In this document: positions 36,271 to 50,200 of the stretch, piece by piece
Layout of the letters: every line of letters begins with the position of its first letter
Numbering within the stretch: the stretch's first letter is position 1
From: Priapulus caudatus
Taxonomy: Eukaryota
Assembly: GCF_000485595.1 (NCBI RefSeq)
Contig: NW_014577076.1
Location: forward strand, 806,727 to 870,726
Length of the DNA stretch: 64,000 nt
Direction: 5' to 3'
Notes under the pieces: generated by a model
The model's database searches: none
Seen by the model: only the letters and a program-made list of their open reading frames with translations
What the model was told of the DNA's origin: nothing
Position numbers and translations under genes: made by a program

Positions 36271-38299
36271 TGTGTGTATAATATATATATATATATATTC
36301 GGTCATTAATTTCACGGATCATTCTGTAATTAAATTCACGTATTATTATGTGAGTAACCTCACGCATCATTCTAAGAGTAACCTCACGCACTGTTCAGTA
36401 ATTCACTTGCACATATCATTCAGTAATTAACTTCACCTATCATTCTGTGATTAACTTTATGTGTCGTTTTGAGATAAATTTCACGTGGATTAGTGATGAA
36501 TCTGACAAATGTTGGTAAGTGGCGAATCTCGCATTTTTTATCACAAGTTCAAGCGCAGCTCGACGTGATCCTTACATACTGCCTTAGTGAGGAACCTAAC
36601 CCGTTCTTCATTGACGAATCTTGTATGTCGATAACCCTTTCCTCCAGCATGATGATTTATTAAGCGTTCTTACGCAATTAAACCTCCCCTCAGTGGGACG
36701 AACCCCAGCTAACGGGTACTGCACAGGCGGCGTGCTAACGTCCACAGATGCTATTTCCAATTTGCATGAGAATGAAACCATTATGGCTTGGGGCTCCCGT
36801 GGACCTGACTGCACCAACCTGGTCCCAGCAACACTCTTGTATACATGCATCCGGCATGGTTACCCCGCCAAGGTGCCTGCTGGTGTTGACAGCTGCTGTC
36901 ATGAGGCACGCTCCAGTCGTCCTCGGCGTTGTCCTACATAGGGAACATAGCTCTCAACTATAACGCACGCGCGCGTCGGGTCGGGTAGCAGACGCGTGGT
37001 AGATAGAAGAAATCATCAATGGTGTGCACCACGCACACGAGAAATGCTAAACAAGCAGGACAGAGTGCGGCAACGGTGTACACGCGACGAGAACGTGAGG
37101 AAGATCTATAAGCGTGGTTCGGATGTTTCCGGAATCCGTCACCTGTGATGTACCCTTACCAATCATGTGTAGTTAATCTTGCTTGTTACATCTTTGCCTA
37201 TGCTTACCACACCGCGTAAGTGCCACACCGCGTAAGTGCGTGTGCGCGCCTGCGTATATGTGAGTGTGCTCATGCTAAGGCGGATTTGTCATGTGCATGG
37301 GTACAGTAAGTGGCATTTTCTCAAACGCTGTACATTTCTGACGAATAATTTAATAGCTCTTTGCTTGTAACAATGCTATACGTAACCCTAACGGCCGTGA
37401 CTTAGTGAAAACAATCGGGTTTTATTTTAAAATGCGATTGCTCTATCCCGATGGGGTGCATGGGTAACGGAAGGCTTGCCGGTGCATTATTATTAGACCG
37501 CCATTAATGATATTCTCTGCGACCTTCTAGCATACTGTCGGATGAAACGGAACACGAGTAATATACATTATTTAACGACAAAAGCTGTCCCTCATTTTGC
37601 AATTAGATTACGCACTCAGGCCTGTGCTAGATAAAGACCGAATAATGTGATGCGTCATTTATACGTTGGGGATTTTTTACCAGGTTCCACGAATTCGGTC
37701 CACGGAATCCATTATTGTGAAAACCGAATAGACATGGCATCTCTGGTTGCACAGCTACACTCGAATAGATAATCTATACTTATTTCGTTAATTTGAAATC
37801 TCAGCTATCACAACTGAATAATTGGCTGCTTTCGTTAATAGTACCTGCATCATCGCTGGTTGCAGCTTCGGTTGTAACTAGAGCTTTCTAATGTTCTTCA
37901 TTGTTTGCAAGATTTTCCCAGCTATTAGAACAGCGTGTTATGTGATTGCACCTTCCCATCCGGCAATATATGTAGTGAACTCCTATAACATCCAGCGTAT
38001 CATCACTCCTCGTCATTTGAAGCATTCACCCTCTTCACTTCTTCGAGCATGTAGGCAGTAACCTTAACAAGTTCATACTATTTACGTCGTTGTCGGTGAC
38101 TGTTATAATAAACTAACTAAGCCGACAACTGCATAGGTTGCGTACATTCACTACACTTGCTGTGACCAGTGGTCAGTTTGAATTTATGCCATGTGAGTAG
38201 ACTGAAACTGTAAGTTAACCAGCTTACCAGGCACAGATACGACAAAGCTAAGCATAAATTCTTGTAGCTCATGACCAAATGCACGTATTCTCATATTCT

Positions 38300-38342
38300 A
38301 ACACACATACACACACAAACACACACGCGCGCGCACACACAC

Positions 38343-38386
<44 letters not shown>

Positions 38387-39130
38387 CACACACACACACA
38401 CCCACACACACCACACACACACACACCACACACACAACACACACACACACAACACACACAACACACACACACCACACACACACACGCCACTCTCTCTCTA
38501 TATCTCTCATTCTGACAGCATTACACACACCCTTTGGCTCTCTTCATCTGCGGTCACAGACACAACACAAACACGCAGCACTTCCTCTCTGCTCTCTCTC
38601 TCGTCCTCTCTCGTCTCTCTCCGTGCTCTCTCTCTCATCTCACACACACACACACACACACGACACACCTCTTCCTCACTTCTCTCTCTCTCTCTTGACA
38701 CATACACACTCGCCTCTGATTCTCTCCTCTCACACACACACAAACCTCACTACGCGCGCACACCTCGCGCTCTCTCTCTGACACATACACCCTCCTCCCT
38801 GGTTCTCTCTCTCTCCTTCTCTCTCAACACACACACACGTATGGCGCACACCTCTCTCCTTCTCTCTCTCTCTCACACACACACACACACGCGCGCGTGG
38901 CGCGCACACACCTCTCTCTGTCACACACACAACACAAACTCCCTCTCTCTCTCACACAACACACACACACACACACAGCACACACAACACACACACGCGC
39001 GCGGCGCGGGCGCGCAGCACACCTCTCTCTCTCTCTCTTTCTCTGACACACATACACTCCCTCTGGTTCTCTCTCTCTGGTCACACACACACACACCCAC
39101 ACACACACACACGCACACACACAACACACA

Positions 39131-39161
<31 letters not shown>

Positions 39162-39698
39162 CGTACACACACACCACAACACCACACCAACACACACACA
39201 CACACACAACACACAACACACCACACGACGCACGCATTACACAGGAACACACACACACCACACCATCACACACGACACACACAGCACCACACACAAACAT
39301 GCGCGGCGCGCGCACGCACGCACGCAACGCACGCACGCACGCACACACACACACACACACACACACAACACAAACACACACAAACAAACAAACAAACACA
39401 CGCGCGCGCGCGCACGCACACACACAAACACACACACATACGCGGCGCGCCACGAGCGCGCACGCACGCGCGCACGCACGCACGCACTCACTCACGCACA
39501 CTCACAACGCACACAACACACCTGCCCACACGCACACGCACACACAAACACGCACAACACACACACACACACACACAAACAACAACACACACAACACATG
39601 CATACACACACTCACACCACACGGCGCGCGCGCGCGCACGCAGCAACACATATACACACACGCGCGCGCGCGCGGGCGCACACACACACAACACACAC

Positions 39699-39780
<82 letters not shown>
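38300..39780. repeat. Long irregular (CA)n/(CT)n microsatellite tract
   Basis: Direct inspection. Confidence 0.9.
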
Positions 39781-41859
39781 CCACACAGAGCTTGCACTCA
39801 CCATACACGCGAACGACATCAGCTGTCTGTATTCATTGCCCTTGGCCGGTTCCTGTGAGAACTTGCTGCGGGTGTGAGTACAGTCGCGGACGCGCTGCCC
39901 GGCTCCACATCACAGTCCACAATCAGGGTCTGCTACGGAAGCACGCAACATCGCCTCCAGCAACGGGAAGCATTTCACTGCTAACCTATATTTTTTAGAC
40001 TACGGCATGTTATCGCCCGCGTCCAGCCGCGGTGTCCATCAGTCCACGTCGTTCTGTATTCCGGAGGCGATCGCGTATACCCTCGGATAGATGTTTTGTC
40101 AAGAAATCATTTCTTTGAAGCTAGAGCTCAGTAGCGAACCTGTTTCGTGCGCAGGCTAGGCTGCTGTGTCTGCCGGGTGGCTCGTGCACACGCGTACAAA
40201 TAGGAGCTCTTAACACGAGCGAGTCCAGCAGTCACTCTAGCGTGGCTTGGCGCAATGATCCAGCGTTCCATTACAGTGTAGAAAATTTAATCACGAGTCG
40301 CTCCCAGCGGATTCAACTTTCATGGAATGCTTGCTTCGGCAGCTGCTGATATTTTCAGCGTAACCGAGGAACATAGAGCAGGCTGCCTATGCTCAGCTTG
40401 TCATCTGCGCCATACCTAATTGCATAAACGTTCGCCCCAAGATTTGAGCACAATAAGTCAACTTGTTTTATTTAATTTGTGGACTTACAGCGTATGCACG
40501 AACCTTGTTGCAACAATACATACTATAGGGACGTATTATAATTAATTATTTTAGCAATGCAGACAAATTCTTTATGGAGAGTTTCGCAAAAAAACGTGTG
40601 CCTTATTATTTGAGCACAGAGGCTCTGCTCATTTAAGTTTATTTTGGATTTAAAGCATGTGTCAGAATTCAGCTCGATTATAACTGAAGGAATGCTATCG
40701 CTGCTGATATTTTCTGGGTAAGAACAGCATCTCAGTTTAACAGACGCTGCCTGTCCATCTGCCTGTCACAAGATGCTCATGTGCGTCATTCCGGGTAGCA
40801 TTAATCCGGCTAACATAGCAATTTGCTTATTACATATCTTTAATAGTTTGACGTTTCATTAAGTTCAGCGGCTGGCCTGTTATTCACTAGCGGGACTCTG
40901 CTAAATAGTACCGGAAAAATGTTAACCATACATCCGAATTTCCGTCGGCTCTGATAGCAACCATCTTTCCGATGAGGCCATTTTACAGCAGTGCTACAAA
41001 TCAGGAGTTCTAGGTGAATTAATCTTGTAAAATTCTGGATCGTAAGTTAATTGTCTTTCTCCGCAAAAAAATAGGTGGTTTATAATAAATTCATCGATAA
41101 AGCTAATCCATCTCGTTCGATTTTGCTGTTGTTACAAATAACCAGAGAATAATATTGTGTTACATAAACGATACAGTGTAATATTGGTACTTACGTACCG
41201 CCTGCATAGATTTACTGTTCTATTATTAATTCATTAATTCTTCTATGTTTGCACTCTGCCTCGTTCGTTTCACCACATTAATGCACGGGATCTATAGTAA
41301 CTTCGCCGACTCCTCTTACAGCTTTACTAACCGTCATAGAAACAGATATCTCTGTGCGTCCATATTCAGTAAGCGAGATTTGTTTCGTGGTATTATTGCG
41401 TGGATTCAACGGCTTGCATGAGGTTGGTCACCTGCGTAGGAGACCGAGTAGGTAGGTGTACATGAAGCATCATGACCGATGACCGGTCGCCTATGACTGC
41501 ATCTTAGGCCGACATCCAACTCCGCACGTGGGTAACCCGGCTGTGTGCGCTCATGTGCGAGGGCGTGAATATGTGTGTGTCAAGGCCGTAGACTCCAGGC
41601 GAAGCAAGGAATGCAGCTGCTCCCTGTATTTTGTCGAAAAATTTACCTAATAAATGTAAGTAGCCCGACACTATATTTAATAATTCATAAAGGGAAAGTA
41701 TCCTTACAGCATAATCTTATCCTATACGTGCTTTATTTCTTGACCTCGATAAAAGGTATTCCTTTTAACACTCTGTTAATTAGGGTAATTTTTGCCCTTA
41801 CTCCGAGTGCCCAGAGGAGTCTCGACCCAGCTACGACTTGTGATCGCGTAAGCGATAAT

Positions 41860-43900
41860 AGCTACGTTGTTATCTTGGTGGAATACGGTAGTCGTGTTGC
41901 CTATCGTTGTTGTCTTGGTAGAGCCACCAAGATAACAACGATAGGCAACGCGACTACCGTGTTCCACTAAGATAACAACGATAGGTAACGCGACTACCGT
42001 GTTCCACCAAGATAACAACGATAGGCAACGCGACTACCGTAGAACAAGGTAGTCGCGTTACCTATCGTTGTTATCTTGGTGGAAAACGGTAGTCGCGTTG
42101 CCTATCGTTGTTATCTTTGTAGAACAAGGTAATCGCGTTGCCTATCGTTGTTATCTTGGTGGAACACGGTAGTCGCGTTGCCTATCGTTGTTATCTTGGT
42201 AGGAACAGGTAGTCGCGTTGCCTATCGTTGTTATCTTGGTCAAACACGGTAGTCGCGTTGCCTATCGTTGTTATCTTGGTGGAACAAGGTAGTCGCGTTG
42301 CCTATCGTTGTTATCTTGGTGGAACAAGGTAGTCGCGTTGCCTATCGTTGTTATCTTGGTCAAACACGGTAGTCGCGTTGCCTATCGTTGTTATCTTGGT
42401 GGAACACTGTAGTCGCGTTGCCTATCGTTGTTATCTTGGTGGTGGAACACGGTAGTCGCGTTGCCTATCGTTGTTATCTTGGTAGATCTTGGTAAGACAC
42501 GGTAGTCGCGTTGCCTATCGTTGTTATCTTGGTGGAACACGGTAGTCGCGTTGCCTATCGTTGTTATCTTGGTAGAACAAGGTAGTCGCGTTGCCTATCG
42601 TTGTTATCTTGGTCAAACACGGTAGTCGCGTTACCAATCGTTGTTATCTTGGTAAGACACGGTAGTCGCGTTGTCTATCGTTGTTATCTTGGTGGAACAC
42701 TGTAGTCGCGTTGCCTATCGTTGTCATTGGTAGAACAAGCGAGTCGCGTTGCGCTACGTTGGTATCTGGTGGAACACTGGAGTCGCGTTGCCTAATCGTG
42801 TGAACTTGGTGGGAACACGGTATCGCGTTGCTATCGTGTTATTCTGAAACAAAAGGTCATCGCGTTGGCCTCTCGTCTGTCTTGGTAGAACACAGTAGTC
42901 CGATGCCTATCGTGTGTTTATCGTTGGGAACACGGTAGTCGCGTTGCCTTAATCGTTGTTTATCTGGGAACACGTAGTCGCGTGGCCGTATCGTTGTTAA
43001 CTTGGTCGGAGACACGGTAGCGCGTTGCCTACGTTGTTACCTTGGTAGAACAAGGTAGTTCGCGTGCCCTATCGTTTTGTTATGCTTGGTGGAACAAGGT
43101 CGTCGCCGTGCCTAACGTTATTACCTTGGGTGAAGCGGAAGTAGTCGCGTTGCTATGTGTTAACTTGGTCAGACACGGACGCGTACCAATCGGCGTGTTA
43201 TCTTGTAAACACGTAGTCGCGTAGTCTAATGCGTGTTATCATGCGGAACACTGGTAGTCGCGTGCGCTAGCGTTGTAGCCTTGGCAAACATGGACACGTA
43301 TCGCGATTGCCATGCGGGGATGCTGGTGAACAAGGTAGTCCGCGTGCCAATCGTGTTATCTTGGGAACACGTGTAGCGCGTTGCTATCTGGTATCTTGGT
43401 CTAAAACACGTAGCGCGTTGCCTATCGTTTGTATCTGGTGAACACTGTCAGTCGCGTATGCCTATCGTTGTACTTGGAACACATGTAGTCGCAGTTGCCA
43501 TCGTTGTTATCTGGGATACACGGCTCGCCTGCCTATCGTTGTTATCCTTCGTGCGATCACGTAGTCGCGCTTGCCTATCGTTGTATCTTGGTAGAACAAG
43601 GTAGTCGCTTGCCTACGTTGTATCATATGGGCGAACACCGCGTCCGCGTTTGCTATCGTTGTATCTGTGAACACGGAGTCGCGTTGCCCTATCGTGTGTT
43701 ATCTATGGAGAACACGCGTAGTCCGCGTTGCCTATGCTTGTTACTTGCTAGAACACGGTAGTGTCCGTTGCCTATCGTTGTACTAGTGGAACACGGTAGT
43801 CGCGTTGCCTTACGTTTTATCTAGTGGAACATCCGGTTAAGTCGCGTTGCCTATCGTGTTAACATTTGGTGGATCCTCGCTAGGCCGCGTTGCCCTATGC
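41860..43900. repeat. 40-bp minisatellite GGTAGTCGCGTTGCCTATCGTTGTTATCTTGGTGGAACAC with a 3-unit internal inversion
   Basis: Clean units at 42040-42720, inverted units at ~41924-42040, indel-rich units after 42720. Confidence 0.92.
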
Positions 43901-44520
43901 TTTGTCAAACTGCCACGAAAAAAAGAAAGCGGACGCGCAGGACTTGCATGGTAAATTGAACACCTACCACAGGGGGTGGGTGGTCGTTCTTACCACAGTG
44001 AACCGAGGTACCGATTCACAGTGAGTCTCACAGAGGGAAAGCCCTTTATCAAAACTAACGTATCTTTGCTGGTTCCGATCTCTTCCTATTGCTCTAAGAC
44101 GCTAGACTAAATCCTCTAAGACAGATTTGACCGCTAATCGTTTTAGCAAAACTAAACATGGTTTCTTTGGTTTTAAAAGGGGGGATGAGCTGACCACGAG
44201 GTACTGACCGCGGGGCATTTACGACTTTTAGTCCTTTGTGACGTAGAAACGACCTCGTTTGCTCCTGTTTCTACTTAAAATGTGACCAGCTGTAAGCGGT
44301 CATTTCTAATTCCGTATAGCGCTCTGACTGGCAAGCGCGTATGCGATAATGATATATACTATAGGAAAGACGAGCAGAGGAGAGAGAGACAAGAGAGACG
44401 AGATGAGAGAGAGAGAGAGGAGAGAAAGAGAGAGAGAGATAGAGATCAATCGGTTGTTTATGAAGCCTCGTGTGCGAGGGAGTGCTCAATACATCATGAG
44501 TAGCCAGCAAATATAGCATA

Positions 44521-45031
44521 AGTATACGGACACGGTAGTAATCTTTGCCATCTGTTTATGCATACAGAACTGTTTCGTAGGTAAGCAAAGCCCACACCTC
44601 ATCAGTGCTAAATACAGAGTTGATCTATTTAGAACATCCGAGCATATAAAAACATCATGCATAATGTGAATCTATTGTTCGTATTCATACGTGCGCGTTC
44701 TAAAGAAATACCATAGATACTAATTAGCGCGTCATTGTAGGTGACTGTTGCGCGCTGGCGCTAAACTGAATTCATTGTAAGAGTTCACATAACGGTCCTT
44801 AATAAAAATTTATCTTTATGTCTGCATTTACTAACAAGTTTCGTTTCTCTTGTTCAGTGTCGCGGTCTCAGGTTTGCCACAATATGTAGAACTTCTCTGT
44901 TAAGCAAGTTTAGGAAGTGTTCTAAATAGATCACTCTGTATTGGCACTGATGAGTGTGAAGCTTTCGCTCCACACGAAACAGTTCTGTATGCAATAAACA
45001 GAGTCAAAATTACTACCGTGTCCGTATAACT
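44521..45031. mobile_element. MITE with ~115-bp imperfect TIRs
   Basis: TATACGGACACGGTAGTAAT...ATTACTACCGTGTCCGTATA and adjoining inverted blocks. Confidence 0.7.
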
Positions 45032-45057
45032 TTATCTATATATATAGTAATATATTA

Positions 45058-45475
45058 TATGTGTGTGTGCGTGCGTGCGTACGTGTGCGTGTGCGTGTGT
45101 TCGTGCGCGCGCGTATGTGTGTGTCGTGTGTGTGTGTGTGTGGTGTGCGGTGTGTGCGTGGTTGTGTGTGTGTGTGTGTGGTGGGTGTGTGTGTGTGTGT
45201 GTGTGTGTGTGTTGGGTGTGGAATATGACTATGTATATATATATACTATATATGGTGTTGTGTGTGGCTGTGGTGTGGTGTGTGTAAGTGATATATGTAT
45301 ATAAATATATATATAATATAATATGTTGTGTGTGTGTGTCGTGTTGTGTGGTGTGTGGGTGCTGGTGTGTTGGAGTGTGCGTTTGCGCATGTGTGTGGGC
45401 GTTTGCGCATGTGTTTGTGCGTGCATGCGTGCGTGCGTGCGTGCGTGCGCGCGTGCGCGCGTGCGTTTGTGCGTC
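45058..45475. repeat. (GT)n compound microsatellite
   Basis: Direct inspection. Confidence 0.85.
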
Positions 45476-47021
45476 CATCTGTACATGTGTGTATCTGTGT
45501 GAAACACCGCACTGTCTGAAAACAACCCACAAGTCCGAGAAATTTGTATGTTTGCCATGAAACGATTTATTACATTGATGCTACGTCTACATTTAACATT
45601 TGTTTTTTTGCTCGGCGGAAATTGTCTCGGATTCGTTTGGAAGGCGAGTCAATGCATGGCTGCCGTTCGTGTCTTGCAGAAATGACAGGTACGCGGTGTG
45701 AACGCACAAGCCTGCTGCGCTGTTATATCTGCGTGGATTTACCCGCCGCCACTATTCGAACAATTAGACGGTATAGATGTGGTATCAGCACCCGTCTGTA
45801 TTTGCCGCTATGAACAGTGGTCTCCCGCTCCCCGCTATGATGCAAGGAAATCTATTACGACTAGACACCATATGATTATTAAATATAGACTGCTTCGAAT
45901 AGAGACCTTTCGTGTTAGCTTTTTCGTGTTAAGCTGTATTGCTCTCCAGATTGTGCACTATGATGTACGGCAATGTAATGCAACATAAATAAAACCGCCG
46001 GATATACAGTTGCGTATGTCATGTAGTACACATCTCGCCACCTATTGGCTGATTTACGTTTTATTAATGCTACGTTTGTCAGGGTGCCCTGTCACTTTAA
46101 ACAGGAATGTCGGGATAAATGGTTAATGTCAAGCTACTGTGTGGAATATCTACTCTTTATTTAAAACGTATAATTTCAAAAATAGTGTTTTATTTTGAAG
46201 AGTACTGGGTATGAGCACATAGAGGTTTATCGCTATACGACAGTGAAATTTTGTATGACTAGGCAGCTTAAGATTATTAACGAAACTGGTGGTTAGGTAG
46301 TATCTAAATGAAGAAACCCCTAATCAAAACAGAACACTACATCACTCATTTGGTAAATGCAGAACATAAATCTGCATATATATCGCACCGCAGTACAGAT
46401 ATTGTTATCTAATGGATGAGTTACACTTTATTGATAATATTATCATTGAGTTTTCGTCAGCCAGATCAGCCTACAGGTATTATAGAGAGACAGCGGGATT
46501 TATTTTTGATGTTAAGATACTTCAACGAGGCTTTGCTCTTCGTTTTAAACGTTTTAATTTCGAGATAAAAAATCTGTTATTATGGTAATACTGAGCATGT
46601 GTGTACTGAGATATCCCTCTAGGCTACTGGGAAGTTTATCACGGGCAGGCCCCTCATCATTGAATCATCGAATGAAAAGAATGACATCTCTAAATTGAAA
46701 ATATAATTTCAACAAAACACTATTTTTTTTATTTGATATGCAGACTGGACATGCAGCTTCATGTGTCATGTCAGACACACATCGCCACCTATTGGCGGAT
46801 TTAACATTGCACATTGCACATGCGGCTTATGCGATGTGACTACTGTCGTGGTTGATTTACAAGGGGAAAGAACCATCTTACATATTTGACATAATATAAC
46901 GATGATAGTTTTTTTCTATATTCGACAAGATTAATGAAATTTGGTTATTTAGATTAACGCATTTTGCGTAAAATGTAGCTAAACTAATCGATTGAGCGTG
47001 AAATACTGTTCATTATTGTTA

Positions 47022-47250
47022 TTAGAGTTCCTCTTTCATCTGGTCGCGACCTTCTTGGACAGCAGCCACAAAGTTTCTGACATCGTCTGCCAAAAGCTCC
47101 GGTTCTTCTAAAGCAGCGAAGTGGCCACCCCTCGGCATGTCCGTGTATTGAACAATGTTGGGGTAGGTGTCTCTAGCAAGACAACGTGGCAACACACTTA
47201 TCTCACCGGGAAACACGGCGTATCCCACCGGCACAGTGGACTTTTGCCCC
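47022..47250 (-). CDS. EPHX1: EPHX1-like last exon (VPVGYAVFPGE...GGHFAALEEP...KEEL*)
   Basis: atacag acceptor; catalytic Glu and His motifs; TAA stop. Confidence 0.92.
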
Positions 47251-50200
47251 CTGTATCAAACATACATAGACTCACATACTTATATATGTACATGCATGCA
47301 CGCATACATATGTATGTACGTGCATAAAGGCAAACAAACAGGAACACACGGACACACAATGACAGACAGGGAGAATATGTGGGAAAGCACATGTATCGAA
47401 ATAAATAGGTGAACTACCGAACCTGCTACCTATCAAATATGTTCGGCAGATATACGTACCGTAAAGCGGTGAAACCATTATTCCAAGTTTCTTTGTAGAA
47501 TCTCATCGATGTCGTGATGCTCTCTGTCGCCCAGTATATCATGATGTTGTGAAGCAGCTCATCTAAGGTAAACGTCTGCGTGGTCAGTCCTCCATCGCGA
47601 TTGTTTCTGTTAGAGAAAGAAGTCCCAGACGAAAACTTCTCTAGGATCCAGGCCGCTAGCCCAGCAGGGCTGTCGTTGAGGCCAGCTCCTAAAAAAGGTG
47701 GGGGCGATATATTATGTCTTGGAAGCCAGCTGACGTTGTGGCAAATTAAACGAAATAACATAAAACAAGATTTTGGAGTACTCGTTATAATATATTTTAT
47801 ATACTTACGCTTATGACGTTTGTATTATGGCCTCGATCATTGCGTTGGGATTTTTTCGCGGCACATTTCCTGACATATACTGCGGTATCATTACCAACAC
47901 TTTGATCGAGTAAGCACGATTTTTATTTCATAAAAACTTAGAAGTTGTGTTTAGGATAAAGATATATCTATTATGTACTCTTGATGTATATAAGTGTAAC
48001 TGTGTAGCGGCGTGTGCCGTGCGAATTTGAAAATTCGCGAAACCCGCTCTTGACAGTCTCCAGCCGGATATCCGCGCGAAGCGCTCAAACGCCGCGTAGC
48101 GGCCACTTTTAGCAATGTCGCTGCCTTCTACCCAACGCAAGTATCGCCGGTCCTTCCAGGAGAGGCTTGAAGCCGGCTTTTCGATGAATTGAGCAGTTCT
48201 GCCCATTGCACGAGGGATCTCACTACCCAGTTATGTAGAGACGGGCTAGAAATGCTGCCGCAATTTCGTGAGGCTACTAGGCGCGCTTTTCTTTCTGTAA
48301 TAACGGAGTTTTTTGTGACATTGTAAACAAATATAGCGCTCATGCGTTAGCGTTGACCAGCGGAGTTTAGAGGATACGATATATACGAATTCGTCTTCGT
48401 AGTAATTACAGTTAGTTTCATTGTCACTGTTATCTGCTATTGTATCTCTGCATAGTTCACATCCCTCATCAAACTAAAGATTTCAACATGGTGCAGAAGT
48501 GCCTAAAACTGTGAACAGTGTGGAAGCTTGAACTGTAAGTGTTCCGTAAGAATTCACGTGGAATTCCGGAGTGCTCCGACTCGGACGGCCCAAGGATAGA
48601 GAACATGAGTCCCAATAAAAACCAATCGTCCAATGTGCCTCGTACTCGTGATTCTACAGGCACCTAGGCTATATATATATATGATATCTAACACGATCCC
48701 CCAATGCGAGCATCGAATTGTATCCACACCTACGAATACTTCTATATTACTACAAGTACATGTTACAATAATTACTAGTACTAGTAGTAGTAAGTACTAC
48801 TAGTACTACTACTAGTACTACTAAGTACCAGGACTACTAGTACTACAGTATACTAGTACTAGTACTAGTTACTACCAGGAGCTAATAATGACAAACTGTG
48901 TTACCGGTACTAGTAAGTTACTAATATTAATAATGACGACTCCTGTTTAGTGTTACTAGTACTCCTACTAAATATAATAAAATATAATGCTAACTAAATA
49001 CGAAATCTATTTACTACCAACTTCTTCATGTTTCTATAGCATAGGCCTACTCTCTTTGACCTATTAGTATTATTGCCGAGTTTCCTGTAAATTCCGTCGA
49101 AATTCTACGTCCAACGTACGCTGCCGGCTGCCATAATTGCTCTCGCGGCGCGATTGTTGCACGCTTACACTAATATATATAGCAGGTAGGAAAGCGTGCT
49201 GCCAAAATTCGCTCGACGCTCACTTCATTTGAAACTTTCACAGCACGAATACACATTCAACAGCTTCCATCTTTGTTTCTCCTTGAACAACAGTATTCAC
49301 TTGTTATAAAAACATAATGTCTCTGTTCGTAAATGAGCTGTCATGCGAAATCACACAAAGACTCACGAAATTCTCGCGTTCGCGAACCTTGCCCAGTAAT
49401 GGAAATGGCTGTCAGCCGCAACACTGCAACGTTTTTGCAACGTTCCAATGGCGAGGCTCGTACGGATGTGGAAAGCAGTGCGCCGCCTGTGCGCCGCCTA
49501 TAGCCATAGACTGGCACTCGCTTCCACCTCTCGGCTTAGCTTAGTCACTCGATGGGTAATCGAGGTGGGAGTGAGTCCCAGTCTATATAGCCTTTGTACT
49601 TGCAGCCATTTCCATTACTGGGAGCGAACGCGAAAATTTCGTCAGTCTCTGTGATTTCGCGTGACACAGCTAGGTTACGAACAGAGACATTATGTTTTTA
49701 TAACAAGTGAACACTGTTCACGTCCCAAATGTCTGCCCTCTGTGTCCCCACTAAAATTGTGGACTGTTCGCTGGCAGCTATGGATGCGTGCGCTGGTCTA
49801 AGCATTCGGCGCACGGATCCATAGCTGCCAGCGCTGCATACTGTCGTAGGACGTTCCCGCGGTCGCGTGCGCCTTGCCGCGGAACTGCGCGCAAGATCTG
49901 CGCTCAGCACTTCGGGTCAACACCTTCTTTCGGCAACGCTTCTCTAGTATCCCGTCTCATCTTGGACGTTCCGCAGCAGATATCCGCGCGAAGCGCTGGT
50001 CGCGCCATCTTGTGGCGCCATTTCATATAGTTCGCTGCTCCCCATTTCCAACCAATTCCATGGTTATGTAAAATCGGGGTGTTATCGGTCAATTCAGGAG
50101 TTCTGGCGCTTCGACAAACTTTTGGATTATACACATAGGGCGAGCATAACTCCAATGGTCGTAATTGGAGGTTTTTTTGGTTGGCGCGTTAGTTGTTTTT

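Noticed and set aside
38271..39998. 575-aa His/Thr-rich ORF and similar HT/CV/LS ORFs elsewhere
   Set aside because: These are translations of (CA)n/(GT)n/(CT)n microsatellites, open in several frames.
41860..43900. CRISPR-like array (constant repeat plus variable part)
   Set aside because: The variable part is only ~7 bp and recurs; there are no unique spacers or cas genes, and the context is eukaryotic. It is a minisatellite.
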